A stretch of 64,000 bases of DNA from Vicugna vicugna (taxonomy: Eukaryota), in assembly GCA_013265495.1 (NCBI GenBank), contig MU060195.1, positions 1-64,000 of the forward strand, given 5' to 3'. The notes beneath the pieces were generated by a model. That model was not told where the DNA came from. It did no database searches and was given only the letters and a program-made list of their open reading frames with translations. This document shows positions 48,401 to 60,194 of the stretch, in pieces (the first letter of the stretch is position 1; every line of letters starts with the position of its first letter). A program made the translations under genes and the position numbers.

Positions 48401-51044
48401 GCTTCACCGAAACAGTGAAGTGTTCTCTTTCATCTTCCTCTCCCCTCTGCCCTACCCCCAGCACAGACCTCAAGGGCCGGGTCAGAAGGCCAGCGCGCAG
48501 GAGAGGAGGAGGCGGAGCACGGCTGGGAGGCAGAGGCAGGGCGAGCCTGGCCGCAGGGACTGCAGACGGATGTGGGACTTTGTCCCCCGGGAGACGGAGC
48601 TCCCAGGGGCCCGGGGAGAGGCTGTGGGGACCACCAGTGAGCGTCTGCCCAGCATCTCTCAGCCCTGGGGAGGATGCTCCCCTGGGGCAGGTCCACAGGG
48701 GACAAGGGGAGGTGACCCCAAGCAGGGAGCACAGAGCAGCTCAGAGCCGCTTTAGAAGCAGACTCTGCAGATCCCTGGAGAGACGGCATCGCAGGTGCGG
48801 GCTTGGGGGTTACATGCAACTCCGCCTCCAGACAGACCTCTGGGCCCCCTCCCTTCGCCCAGTCCCCTCTGAGGAAAGAGGCACAGCTCCTGTGTGGGAG
48901 GTGGAGGTCCCACCTTTCCACCACTTAATGCCCTGAGCACCCAAATTCAGCTCGCGCGCTCGATCGAGTCACTCTCGTATTTAATAGAAAGATTTTTTTT
49001 AAAAGTCACAACAATAAAGCCCTTTGTCTTCATCCGCTTCCACCGTGTCTGTTTCTCAGGAGGATTTGAAACTGAAATGTCAAAATATCCTGAGAAATAG
49101 GACATCCCTTATGTTTCTGACCACATGGGATCAAAAGTAAGAAATCCGAGAGTCATCATGTCTACAGACCAATTCTCAAAAAAAGGAGATTAAGTGTTTG
49201 ATGTTCTGAATCCCTTTTCAAACTGAGCCACGTTACTTCCATTTTCGAAATCGTAAACCTGGGAGGGTTTCCTAGTTATTGTTAGCACTATTCACGTGTA
49301 AGTTGTACAACCAGCTCTCTCTGAGGGCCTTATGCCCGTTTGTTTTCCACGGTGACCAGCCGCACTTCAAATAGGTTGGATTTTGACAAATACGCAAATG
49401 TCTGGTGTAATGGTTTTAAGAAAGCCTGCGCTATCAGCATCGCTCTATGTAATTAATCTTCCCTATTAAGTTTACATCCAGAAATATTTACTTCCACAGA
49501 GAATGTAAACAGTGCTAATAACTGAGTGTCAGGAAGAAGAGTTTTTGGTGGAATAGTTCTGGAAGACAACGACATAAATCCCTTGAAACTAACAACGCAC
49601 AATAGATGTAAATTCTCGAAGTGTCAAAGAATTATCCTCAAATAACATCATGCTATGAGGCAGAAATAGCAAAAGGGTGAGCAAATCCAATTTCCCTATA
49701 AAAATCTTAGGAGGTCATTTTCCACAGGCACTTTTTCATGATAAAGATTTGGAGTGGTTTACAAACACACACAAAGACCAAAACTACATTAAAGCAAGAT
49801 TAAGAAGACAGCAAATAAGTAACATGGGGCCCTCCCAGGATGGTCACAGCCGTCCTCGTCCTCTCCGGGGCCTGTGGAAGGCGGTCTCTGCAGCCCCTGG
49901 CTGAGTGCAGGCCACGGAAATGGGCGGGGAAGTGGCCTGAGCCCTTCCTGGTGGGGGCGAGGGATGTCCCACGTAGGATTCCCGGGGTCCTCTCCTCCCA
50001 GCCACAGCAGCTGCCAGCGACAAGGCGGGGAGACCACACCCCCTGGGACATAGGACAGAACAGGGCTACACGGGGGTTTTGTCTTTTCTGCTAAAGCCAC
50101 GGAAATTTCAGGGATTTTGTTACCGTATAACCTAGCCTGTCTGAACAAATGCCATGGTGACTAATTCGAAAAGAAAAAAAACACAAAAACCCCCCAAATT
50201 TTGTTCATCAAAAGGCATAGATAAGAGAGATTAACAATGACTTCAAGCCTAAACTAAGTAATTATTAACAAAATGTTATGAAAACATTAGGTTGTATTTT
50301 TTGAGTGGTTGTATCTATTCAATGCTCTGCATGCACTGTCTCACTTAATCCAGATGTGGGATGTGGAGTTTAAAAGGATTAGATAATTTACACACTTTCT
50401 AAGAAACAGAGCAGGACTTAACTGAGTGGGCCTGACCCCGGGCTGTGCTTGGGACTGAAATCCTGAAGGAGGATGTCTTCAGGGGCACCAGCTGGTAGAG
50501 CCACCGTGACTCAGCAGGAGAAAGACATCGCTTCCTAGTTCTGAGTAGACTAGAATTTGGCACCTGAATCTTTAAATAAGGAACATAACAAACAATGTAT
50601 TTGATTGTGAAAATTAATTTAAAAAAACCCATAGGCGATGGAATTTGATAGGTTTAGGTTTGGATCCTGGAACGACCACTCTTTCTGAGTGAGATATTTG
50701 GGAAAAAACAAAATGTTCCTCTCATTCAGGTGAATGTAGTGTCACATGGAATCCAGTGGTCCCTGGAGGTGCTTCTTCATCCGTTTGTATTGTTTTGTTT
50801 TTTCCTTTTTTTTCAAATATCAGCTAACATATTTTAACTAATAGCACTCTGAAGTCATTTCAAACTTAAAGAGTTGAAAAATGGCATTCACTGAGATTTA
50901 TCAATTGTTGACACATTGAGAATCATCAATTGTACCACATTGGCTTTCTCTCTCTCTCTGTCACTCCCCTCCCTCTACGAGTGCGCTCATAGTTGGGCCT
51001 CACCCTTGCTGCCTACTCTGGTCTCCATTTCTACATGCCTGTCT

Positions 51045-51833
51045 GAACCAGTTTCTGCCACTAAAGAGGCAGTAACAGTGATGTGAAAACCTATAGCTGA
51101 TCACAAAAGAGCATAAAGAGAAAGGACTCAAAGCATATCAGTACAGAAATCCATCAATTCATGAAGGAAGGCAGCAAGAGAAGAAGAAAGGAACCAAGAA
51201 CTCCAAAACAGCCAGAAAACAGTAAGATGGCATCCGAAGTCTTTACCTATCAATAACTACTCTAAATGTAAATGGATTAAATTCTCCAGTCAAGAGATGC
51301 AGAGTGACTGGATGGATTAAAAACCGATAACCAACTGTATGCTGCCTACAAGGGACACACTTCAGCTTTAAGGACACACATGGACACAAAATGAGGGGAT
51401 AGTAAAAGATACCCCATGCAAGTGGAAACTAAAGGAGGACGGGGGAGCTATGCTTATATCAAAGCAGATTTAATCCAAAAAGTGTAATAAGAGACAAAGG
51501 AGGTCATTATATAATGAAAAGGGGTCCATTCATCATGAAGACATAACAATCAAATATATAAGCACCCAACACCTTAGCTCTTAAATATATTCAGCAAAAA
51601 CTAACAGATCTGAAGGGGGAAATAGAAAGATATATATTATAGTAGGGGGACTGCTAAACCCCACTTTCAACAATGCATAGACATTCAAACCGAAAATGAA
51701 CGAGAAAAGACTGGACTTGAATCATACTTTACACCAAATGGATCTAACAGACATATACAGGACATTCCGAATAGCAACAGCAGAGTACCCATTCCTCTCA
51801 GGAGCACATGGAACATTCTCCATGACAGAGCAT
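51045..51833 (+). mobile_element. L1 inter-ORF region and decayed ORF2 endonuclease (APE) domain
   Basis: ATG at 51227, then frameshifted YLSITTLNVNGLNSPVKR (L1 EN N-terminal motif) and LHQMDLTDIYRTF...AEYPFLSGAHGTFS; runs into the N gap. Confidence 0.9.
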
Positions 51834-51984
51834 NNNNNNNNNNNNNNNNNNNNNNNNNNNNNNNNNNNNNNNNNNNNNNNNNNNNNNNNNNNNNNNNNNN
51901 NNNNNNNNNNNNNNNNNNNNNNNNNNNNNNNNNNNNNNNNNNNNNNNNNNNNNNNNNNNNNNNNNNNNNNNNNNNNNNNNNNNN
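51834..51984. other. Assembly gap (151 N)
   Basis: Run of N. Confidence 1.
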
Positions 51985-54900
51985 CTTTGGGTTTTTCAGA
52001 GAAGTGAAAGGAGCAGCAAGAGGTTATGAAAATCCCTAGTTAGTAGGGGAACCAGAAACCTAGGAGTTTTCAGATTTATCTTAAGGATCAGGTAAACTCA
52101 GTGTATGATAATTAGCCTTCAGCCATGCGCATGCCTGCAAGACATAGATCTCCTAACTAAAAACGGTGAGAAAAGTTTTTATGTTGGGGTCCATGGACAC
52201 TTAGGAGTTTGGGGCGTTCCATCAGTGAGCCAGGAGTGCCCTCAAATTGCAGAAAAACATGTTTTGGGAGAAGCTCCACAGCATGTATTAAATTTGCAAA
52301 GTAGCCCAAGTTGAGTTAAATTTCAGTGATGTGGTGTGGCCAGAATCGTGTGATCACTCCCCAGCCGCTCCCCTCATTGACCACGACTGCTCCATTTTCA
52401 CGTCTCTGACAGCTGACCTCTTCCACCTGCCAGGCTCTGTGTCTCTCTGTCCCCAGGAAGTTCCTGGTCTCTGGCTGTTGTGCACACGTCACCGTTACCT
52501 TGTCTTTGCCGGGGTTCTGGGCTCTGGAAGATTATCCATCCATGATCTTATTTCCCATTTCCTGCCCATCCAGACCTACATCAGACTGGCAAACCCTACC
52601 CTGCTGCAAGAAGATTCCTGTTCTGTGACTTGTAAAAAATGTTTGTGGAAGTTTGGGTAACAGGCATCATCAAGATCCCTAGAGACATTTTGAAGTACTT
52701 ACAGAAAGCCTTGAAACATGTTTCAGAAACATATTAGACAAATGGCTGTAATTTGGTCTTAAATCTCTAAACAGATACATTAAAAATAAAGTTAATATGC
52801 TCTCTGTTATTAAGTGGGTAACTCCAAAATGAATGCACTCTTGGATCGTTTCCATAATTGACTGGGTCACACATCTATATACTTTTCAAATAATGGGGAA
52901 GTTGTCATTGTTTATGTATGAAATTTGCACGGATCAAGTACCGGAATGCTGAAGGACAGAGCAAAGAAAATGACTTTGTTCTTCTTGAGTTTCTTTGCAA
53001 TGACTAGTGTTTGATTAAATTAAAATGCCAAGCAAGAGAGCAGTGGAAATTCAAAGATTCACCAGGAGAAATGAAGCATCTTCCATGGGAGATCAAGAAT
53101 TATGCAATATAATTAACACACTTTATTAAGAGGAAGGCACTTGTTCTAAGAACTTGCCTAGTAACACGATTATGACTGCAGGCATCAGACACACAACATT
53201 TGACTGGCTCAGTAACTGTTTTTGCTGGGGGCACAATAAAAATCTTAATTTAATTTTCTCACTACTTCCAGGGTCAGATATCCCCAGCAGGCACGAGGGC
53301 ATCTGCCCACTGACCTGCACTTTTCAGAGCAATCTGAAGGAGCTGATAACGAGAAATCCACCGAGCATTGATTCTGACCCTCCACACTCCCTCTGGCAGT
53401 GCATTTAAGTTCCAGCCATAAAAATCTGAACCTCTGTGAGGGGACTGACATCCTGAGAACTGTGCCAGCTGGAAGGAAGACAGAGTCGAGTTTGATGGAG
53501 GAAGGATGGAGTGAAAAGCCGTGCATAAATGGTCAGCAGGGTGAGAACATCTTGCATTTATGGACACTTCCAGTTTATGAGATATTTCTACGTAGATCAC
53601 CTTGTTTGATACTCCCCACCCACGCTGTGAGTGAAAGAGTCAAGGATTTTTAGCCTTTTCTTCAAATTAAATGTTTTCCCTAATTAGCATATGAACAAGG
53701 AATGTCAGGGGTCGTGGTATACTGCAACTGCCCTGCCCAAAATGGGGTGACACCCCAACTGCTGCTCTGGTGCCGTTTCCACCGCTTCCAACAACTGCTT
53801 CCAACCATGAGCGGCAGCCAGTGATGTTACCAGACGCCCCTGTTGACAATCTGAGCTTGGAAGTGTGGCGGCTTCTCTCACGGCAGACAGCCTGCCCTGT
53901 AGCTGGTCCTCTGCTTTGCCGTCTCGGGGGAGGAACCTGTTTTTGCGGAAGCATCATGGACGGACCTCACCACCGAGGGTCCACATGTGTCCTCACAGCT
54001 GTGCAAAGAGCCAAAGGAAGTTAGAGCACAGGAGCCATCACAGGGGCTGCTCACATTTACTTCTCTGGGTTGTGGCTTTCTTGTATTTAAAACAAGGAAC
54101 GAGGACAAAATAAATCTCCAAGATCTATGCCAGCTCACATACGAAATGTTGGCAGTTTGGTACAAATATCTGTAAGTCAATCACTTTTACAAAACGTACT
54201 CCTGGGGCCACTGGAGAGTCTTTAGAAGTTCCCTGAATGTGGACTTTCACTGCCAAAGAACATTTCTCTCCAAACTCACATCTCCACCATCCCAGAGCCA
54301 TTACCGCAGAATCAGAGCCCTACCTATAAATGACTCAGAAAAATGAGCAGCGTGTGCAAACGCCCCTTCCTTCCTTCGTCTCCTCACCTTTGGAACCCCT
54401 GGTGCTACAGCCAAAAAAGCCATTCCAGGCGAGCAGAAAGCTTTAGAGAAATTGGAGGTTCAGAAGTAAAGAAAGGAACGAGACTGTGAAAAAGGAAATG
54501 CCGTGTGGAGCTGACCAGGGACAGGTGCACAGAATAAGCTGACCTTTCCCGGCCCAAAAATATCTTTCCCCGACTGTGTGCGGAGTTTTGACTTCACTTT
54601 GGCTCGCTGGCTGAGATCGCCTCACTGAGACATGCTTTTTTGGATAATAAGCTTTTTTTTTTAATGCAACTAACTCTAGGAGAGTTCAGAGATGGTCAAG
54701 CCCTTCATGCGTTGGTGTGAGTGGGTTCAATCGGGTTGCTTTCCTCCTCAGAGCCAGCTGAGAGCCAGCAGCCTGAGTTAACCGGAGTTCTGAGGGGCTG
54801 GAGAGGAAAGGCAGGTCATTTGGGAATGGCTAACTTCAGCGAATGTGGGTGAAGTTTGGAGGTCTGTAAATTAGGGCACTGGAAAATGGAGCAGCTGCGG

Positions 54901-55554
54901 AAAGGTCCTGCTTGAGAAAGGGGGGCTGGACCCCGTCAGCTGCGACACGCTCCGGAGGGTGGCGGAGTGCCATCTCCTGTGCAGCAAGGAACCTGAGGCT
55001 CAGAGACGGAAGGGGATGTGCCGGGGGTCAGGCTGAGTTATTGCCACCATTTCATGCCCCGCTGTCCTCCTTCTTACCCTGCTTTCTGCTTTCTTACCCT
55101 TCCCCTCCTTGCGGCCACCAGGACTTAAATGTACGTGGCAATGTAGGAAAAAAGTCCTTCAGCTGCAATTTCTGTGCCTAACATGGAAGGAAATACGTTT
55201 GGGGTTCCACGTGGCTGACTGGGCTGTTGAGGCACAGTCGTTCTTAAGCTGAGTAATTCCCATGTTTTCCATTTTTCTTCCCCAGCGACATAAATAAATT
55301 GATGAGAACTGAAGAAATAGTTCCTTATTGGTAATCTCAATTGTTACATCTCATTATGGCTGGTGTTGGCTTGTGGTCCTGCTGGACTACAGACTCCTCA
55401 AGCAGAGACTCTCCTGCACCAGCCCTGCTAGGGATTCAGTAAATTTATGAATGCGTAGATGAACATGAATGAATAAAACCTAATCGAATAAAACCTACTC
55501 ACCAATATATGTATGTGCTTAATTGTCAGACCAGATACCACAGGAAACCGCAGG

Positions 55555-55583
55555 CTGGCCCTGGCCCTGGCCCTGGCCCTGGC
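55555..55583. repeat. (CTGGCC)n hexamer repeat, 4.8 copies
   Basis: CTGGCC x4 plus CTGGC, directly visible. Confidence 0.9.
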
Positions 55584-55695
55584 TGCCAATAAAGCTCAGT
55601 CAACAGCAGCTGTGGGCACTGTAACTCACGAGGCTGAGGGTGGACGGTCTGGACCTGAATGTGTTTGACATCTCACTGGATTTGTATCGCCGGTC

Positions 55696-55716
55696 TTTTT
55701 TTTTTTTTTTTTTTTT
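55696..55716. repeat. Poly(T)21
   Basis: Directly visible. Confidence 0.95.
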
Positions 55717-57394
55717 GGTTTTTAGTCTTTGCTTTCCCAAGAGTTTCTTTTGACCATAGAGTTGAGAAGAATGGAATAATTCTGGGAACAAAAATGAAGA
55801 GTTAAACTTGGAATTTTAAGAACATAGGTAATTTCAGATCAGAGAAACATGTAGAAGAAACATTGTATCATGAATTATGAATTAAAAAAAAACAAAACAG
55901 TCACATTCAGCCAGGTAGCTGAGGTGCTGCTGAAACAGTACAATTTGAGAATTTGGGGAACAAAAGCTTAAATCTTCTGTTTCCATGATCAGTCTTTGGT
56001 CCAGTCTTTGCATCTCAACCCAGCGGGAGAAGGGTGACCACAAGGTGATGGTAGCTCTTTTGTCAGCTGAGTTATCTGAAGTAGCAGCTCAGAAGACAGA
56101 CTTATTAATAAGGAAATGACTGCAGTGACATCGTATTTCCAGGGCATGATTTACACGTGGGTTACAAGACAAAAGTGATTTAAACCATGACCCCCCAGCC
56201 TGAGGAAGGGGCAAAGGTGCAGCATCAGAACGCAGGAACTGGGGGCAGGTGAGGGGGCCCCAGAACCGGGCAGCAGCCTCCTCCCATCAGGATGACCCAG
56301 TCAGGCAGCACCGGGCAGAAGCAGTGACCCCAGGGGGCGGGCGTGGGGCAGGCGGCTGTGTGCCCCTCAGAGCCAGGGCACAGGAGGAAGACAAGCGGGG
56401 GAGGTCGCGAAGGTCCCGGCGAGCACTTCCCCGCTCACAGGCGGGGGTCTGAGCTGCCGCCGCGGGCGGTTCAGGTGCCCGGCGCCTACTAACCAGTGGT
56501 CAGACTTCCTCTGGAAATGTGGAGCCTTGGCCAGAGTTTGCCCACGGAATTGGCAACGTAAGCTTTTACTCCTAAAAAGTTCTAAGACGTATCACTTAAA
56601 TCAACTCCTCAGCTAACGCTACTGCGATGACTGACGTGTGACTGGATTTTTTTAATCCATGATTTATGATTCAGTGCACCTGCTACAAGGTATTCTGATT
56701 CTGAAATTTTCGATGCCCTTAAAATTCCAAATAAGTCTCCCCCTTTGCCCCAGCAACGTCCTTCCCTGGAAGCATGCCGTCACGCGCACATGCATTTCAC
56801 CTTCCGTCACAATCCGTTGCCCTTACAGTCACTCCCAAGGCGAATCTGCCATGACCTCTCTACGTATAACTCTCCCATCATCGTTTCAGCCCAGAAAATT
56901 CCGGTCACAGTTGCCTCTGCGGATCTAAATCAGGTTATGGTAATGTGACAGCTCATTCAATATCCTGTAACTCCCCAGCCTCTGGCCATCAACTCCCATT
57001 CACAAATTCATATTTTATGGAGAGCTTTAAATGAAAGCTTAGATTAGGCGAAGGTTGTACTTTGGTCCAGATACCTGCTGGGATTTAGATTCCCCGTGGA
57101 GGGAGCTGACTAAATTCTAAACAGCAATTAAACATATGCACAGCTACTTAAAAGTTTGGATTTTTCAGGGAAGGCAGCCCAATTGAATACAAGGACAGTC
57201 AGTCTGGAACTTGAATCCATGGATTTCAGCCTTCAGACTTCCCTTCTAACAACATGGCTGTGGCCCAGTTCTTTGGGTCCAGGAATAAAATTTCCATGTC
57301 AAGACGTTGAGGTGGATCATACTTTTGAGAATCTTGGAATAGCTGGCCATTGAAGGGCAGCATGGGTGGACAGCTGGGCGGCCGCGCGACGTCT

Positions 57395-57490
57395 GAATCA
57401 ATAGCTATGCCTTTAAACCACTGAAAGGCTGTGTGACCTCGGGCCAGCCACTCTCTTAGTCCTCACCATCCTCATCGTGAAGCAGGGGTT
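57395..57490 (+). mobile_element. MIR fragment
   Basis: GGCTGTGTGACCTCGGGCCAGCCACTCTCTTAGTCCTCACCATCCTCATCGTGAAG. Confidence 0.5.
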
Positions 57491-58609
57491 AGGACAAGGG
57501 GGCCACTGGGTCCCAGCCCATGGTCCTGTGTCGAGGGCCTTTTCCACGTGTGTTCAGTGGCCAAGTCCGGTGGGAAAGTCCTGAAGAGACAGGCTCCGCA
57601 TTTAATTCCCCCAAGAAGCCGGCTCACACCGGTCGTGGTTTATTTCTCGTCTCTTTGGCAGTGTGTTTACAAGCTGCTATCCTTGTCTTCCTTATCTTAA
57701 CACCAAATGGATACAAACTAGTACCATTTTTTTCCCTTCTAGAGGAGGAACAAGCAGGCTTCCAGTCTGGAAAGCACGTCTAGTCAGCCACGTGTGAACG
57801 CGGACTTACTAGATGTATCCAAAGGAAGCCCAAGTCAACAGAACTTCTTCTAAACTTTTAAAATCCTCACTTGTGAAATCAGTTTCCCCCAGGAAGACAT
57901 CAAGCGAGGAAGACACCGGTGTGGTGGGAGGAGCCCCACTAAACTGTAGGCACTTGAATTCCAGCCCCACCTCCTGGGTAAGTGGACTCGGGTCTGTGTC
58001 ACTCGGCTTCCCAAGCAGAGGTGATCTTTCATGTTCCTTCCTGCTCGAAAATTCTGTTACTCTGGAAAATAAACTCCCCCTCATTTCCGCCTTGATTCTT
58101 AGTAAACTCACGCGGTAAAAATGAGTGTCAGGTACACAGAAAGCTGTCCACAAAGACCTGTTTAATACGGAACAAGCGGGGCACACTTGCCCGCTGGTCT
58201 CTCCGGCGCTCAGCCTCCTCGTGGCCGCTGGGCAAGAGCAGCAGATTTCAGCAGGAAAGCGTGCGGTTGCTCTTCCTGGTGACTCCCTACGGAGGCACCT
58301 ACGAGCTCATGTTTTAGGAGCATATCCCCCTCCACGAGTTCCGGCGCCGGCTGTGTTGCCAGCTGGACAGAACACCTTTTGGAAAATTGCGCTACGTCTG
58401 TTGCACCAGCAGAGGATGTGCTCTGCAGCTCTGCCCTCCTGCTGAGAGATTCCAGGAAGCTTGTAGTGTCCAGGGCTGTCCAAGAAAAACTGTCCAAACC
58501 AGGACAGAAGCCAAAGAAATCTCAGCTCCCAGAAGCGGTGCTTTCCATGATCCGGTGAGAAGGCAATCTCTCAAGGGGCCAGCAGCCGCTGCTCTATCTG
58601 GGGAGAGCT

Positions 58610-58705
58610 GCTGACCGGCTGTGTGAGCTTGGGCAAGTCGCTTCGTTTCTTATTTGTAACATCAGGAGCTTAAACCAGGCCCCTTTCCAGCTCTAAAACT
58701 CTGCA
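58610..58705 (+). mobile_element. MIR3/MIRc-like fragment
   Basis: GGCTGTGTGAGCTTGGGCAAGTCGCTT...GGCCCCTTTCCAGCTCTAAAACTCTG. Confidence 0.55.
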
Positions 58706-59964
58706 GCTCGGAGTCTAAGGACTCATGCCTTCTTGGAGATGAAGTTTAATCCTGTCGTAGACTGGCTTGTTATTGCGATACAGTCCGTTCACACATAACC
58801 CAAACAAAACCAGGTCTCCCACAGCCCAAAACAATGTCAAGAACCAGCGTGATTTACATGGGAACGAGACCTTGCCTTGGGCTTCGGCACCCCCGCGCGT
58901 CCCCCCGGAGCGCCCTGGCGTGTCCTCCACCCTGTGCGCCTGAGCAGTAAATCTTCAGGATGTGAGATCAGTGCCTGGTCAGATAAATAAATGAATCAAC
59001 GTTCGGCAAATGCCGTAAATCGTCAGCTTCCCTCTCCTCAGTCTCCCTTCCTCAGCCAAATTCCTATGGAAACAAACAAACAGAAAAGCCAAAAGAGAGA
59101 GGAAGGCAGAAAATATTTTCAGCTCACGACGTGACCTGTTGGAGCAGGCCGCCCTACATTTCATCAGCATGGCCTCCACCTGCCCTCCCACCCAGCAGAG
59201 CTATTTTCAGCACACAGGGCACCGCTTATTCTGTGGCTGCATTAGGCCGCGTCCCCGGTCAGGCAGCTTTTGTTAAGGAAGTTGTTCCTTAAGCCCCTCC
59301 AGCTGCTTTCTCAAGTGCACCTTTAGGAATAAGGGGACGGGAAGCCCGGGAAGCCATCGCGGGCTCAGCCCTGCCCTCAACCGCGAGCCAGGAGGGCGTC
59401 TCAGAGGAGCGCACCTCGCTCGCAGCAGCCCTGCAGCAGCTCCCCGTGTGAGGGGCCGTCATCTCGCTCCTGCGCTTGGCCGTCGTCAGCCCCGGATAAT
59501 TACTTTTCCCGTTCTAATTTAATTTGCATTAAGCCCGGTGTGTTTAGGTTTTGAGACCTAACGCTCGGATCGGGCCTGTGGTTAGGAACGCAAGACTCCT
59601 GGGAAAACATCTGGTCTTATCCTGAGTAGATGCCGGAACCCCCTTCGTGCTGCTCGAATCCCGCTCTGAATGTCCTTCCTCACAAAGTGTACTCTGCACA
59701 CACACGATTTAAAAATGAAAACAGGTCCACAGGTGACCGCTGAGAGGACGGTGCCTTGGAGAACGCTCGACAGTTCACCACGAACTAGTCACTAAAATGA
59801 TTCCTCGAATCCCTTGTGTTTTGGAAGATCCACACACCAACACAAGGCCTTGTGATTCGACAAACGAATTCTGAGTGGACTGCAGCCGTGTCAGCTCCTT
59901 CCTTTACTCGCACAGTCACCCTTAACTTGATGGAGGCAGAATGCAAAGTGCTGGACAACCTTCC

Positions 59965-60194
59965 TTTTTCTTTCTTTCTTTTTTTTTAATGACGTATAGT
60001 CAGTTGCAACGTGTCGGTGTCTGGTGGCCAGCACCATGTTCCAGTCATGTGTGAACACACATGCGTTTGTTTTCATACTTTTTCACTGCAGGTTACTGCG
60101 AGGCATTGAATACAGTTCCCTGTGCAGTGCAGAAAGTCCATGTTGTTTATCTTTTTTATACACAGTCGTAATATTTGCAAGTCTCAAACCCCCA
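59965..60194 (-). mobile_element. Camelid-type L1 3' tail (GC-shifted)
   Basis: T tail then AATGACGTATAGTCAGTTGCAACGTGTCGGTGTCTGGTGGCCAGC...GAATACAGTTCCCTGTGCAGTGCAG...TTTGCAAGTCTCAAAC. Confidence 0.85.

Noticed and set aside
48354-48936. Overlapping 133-185 aa ORFs
   Set aside because: Same GC-driven multi-frame openness; no domain or codon-like pattern.
55696-55900. Poly(T) as the tail of a processed pseudogene
   Set aside because: The adjacent sequence shows no recognisable mRNA, ORF or TSD.
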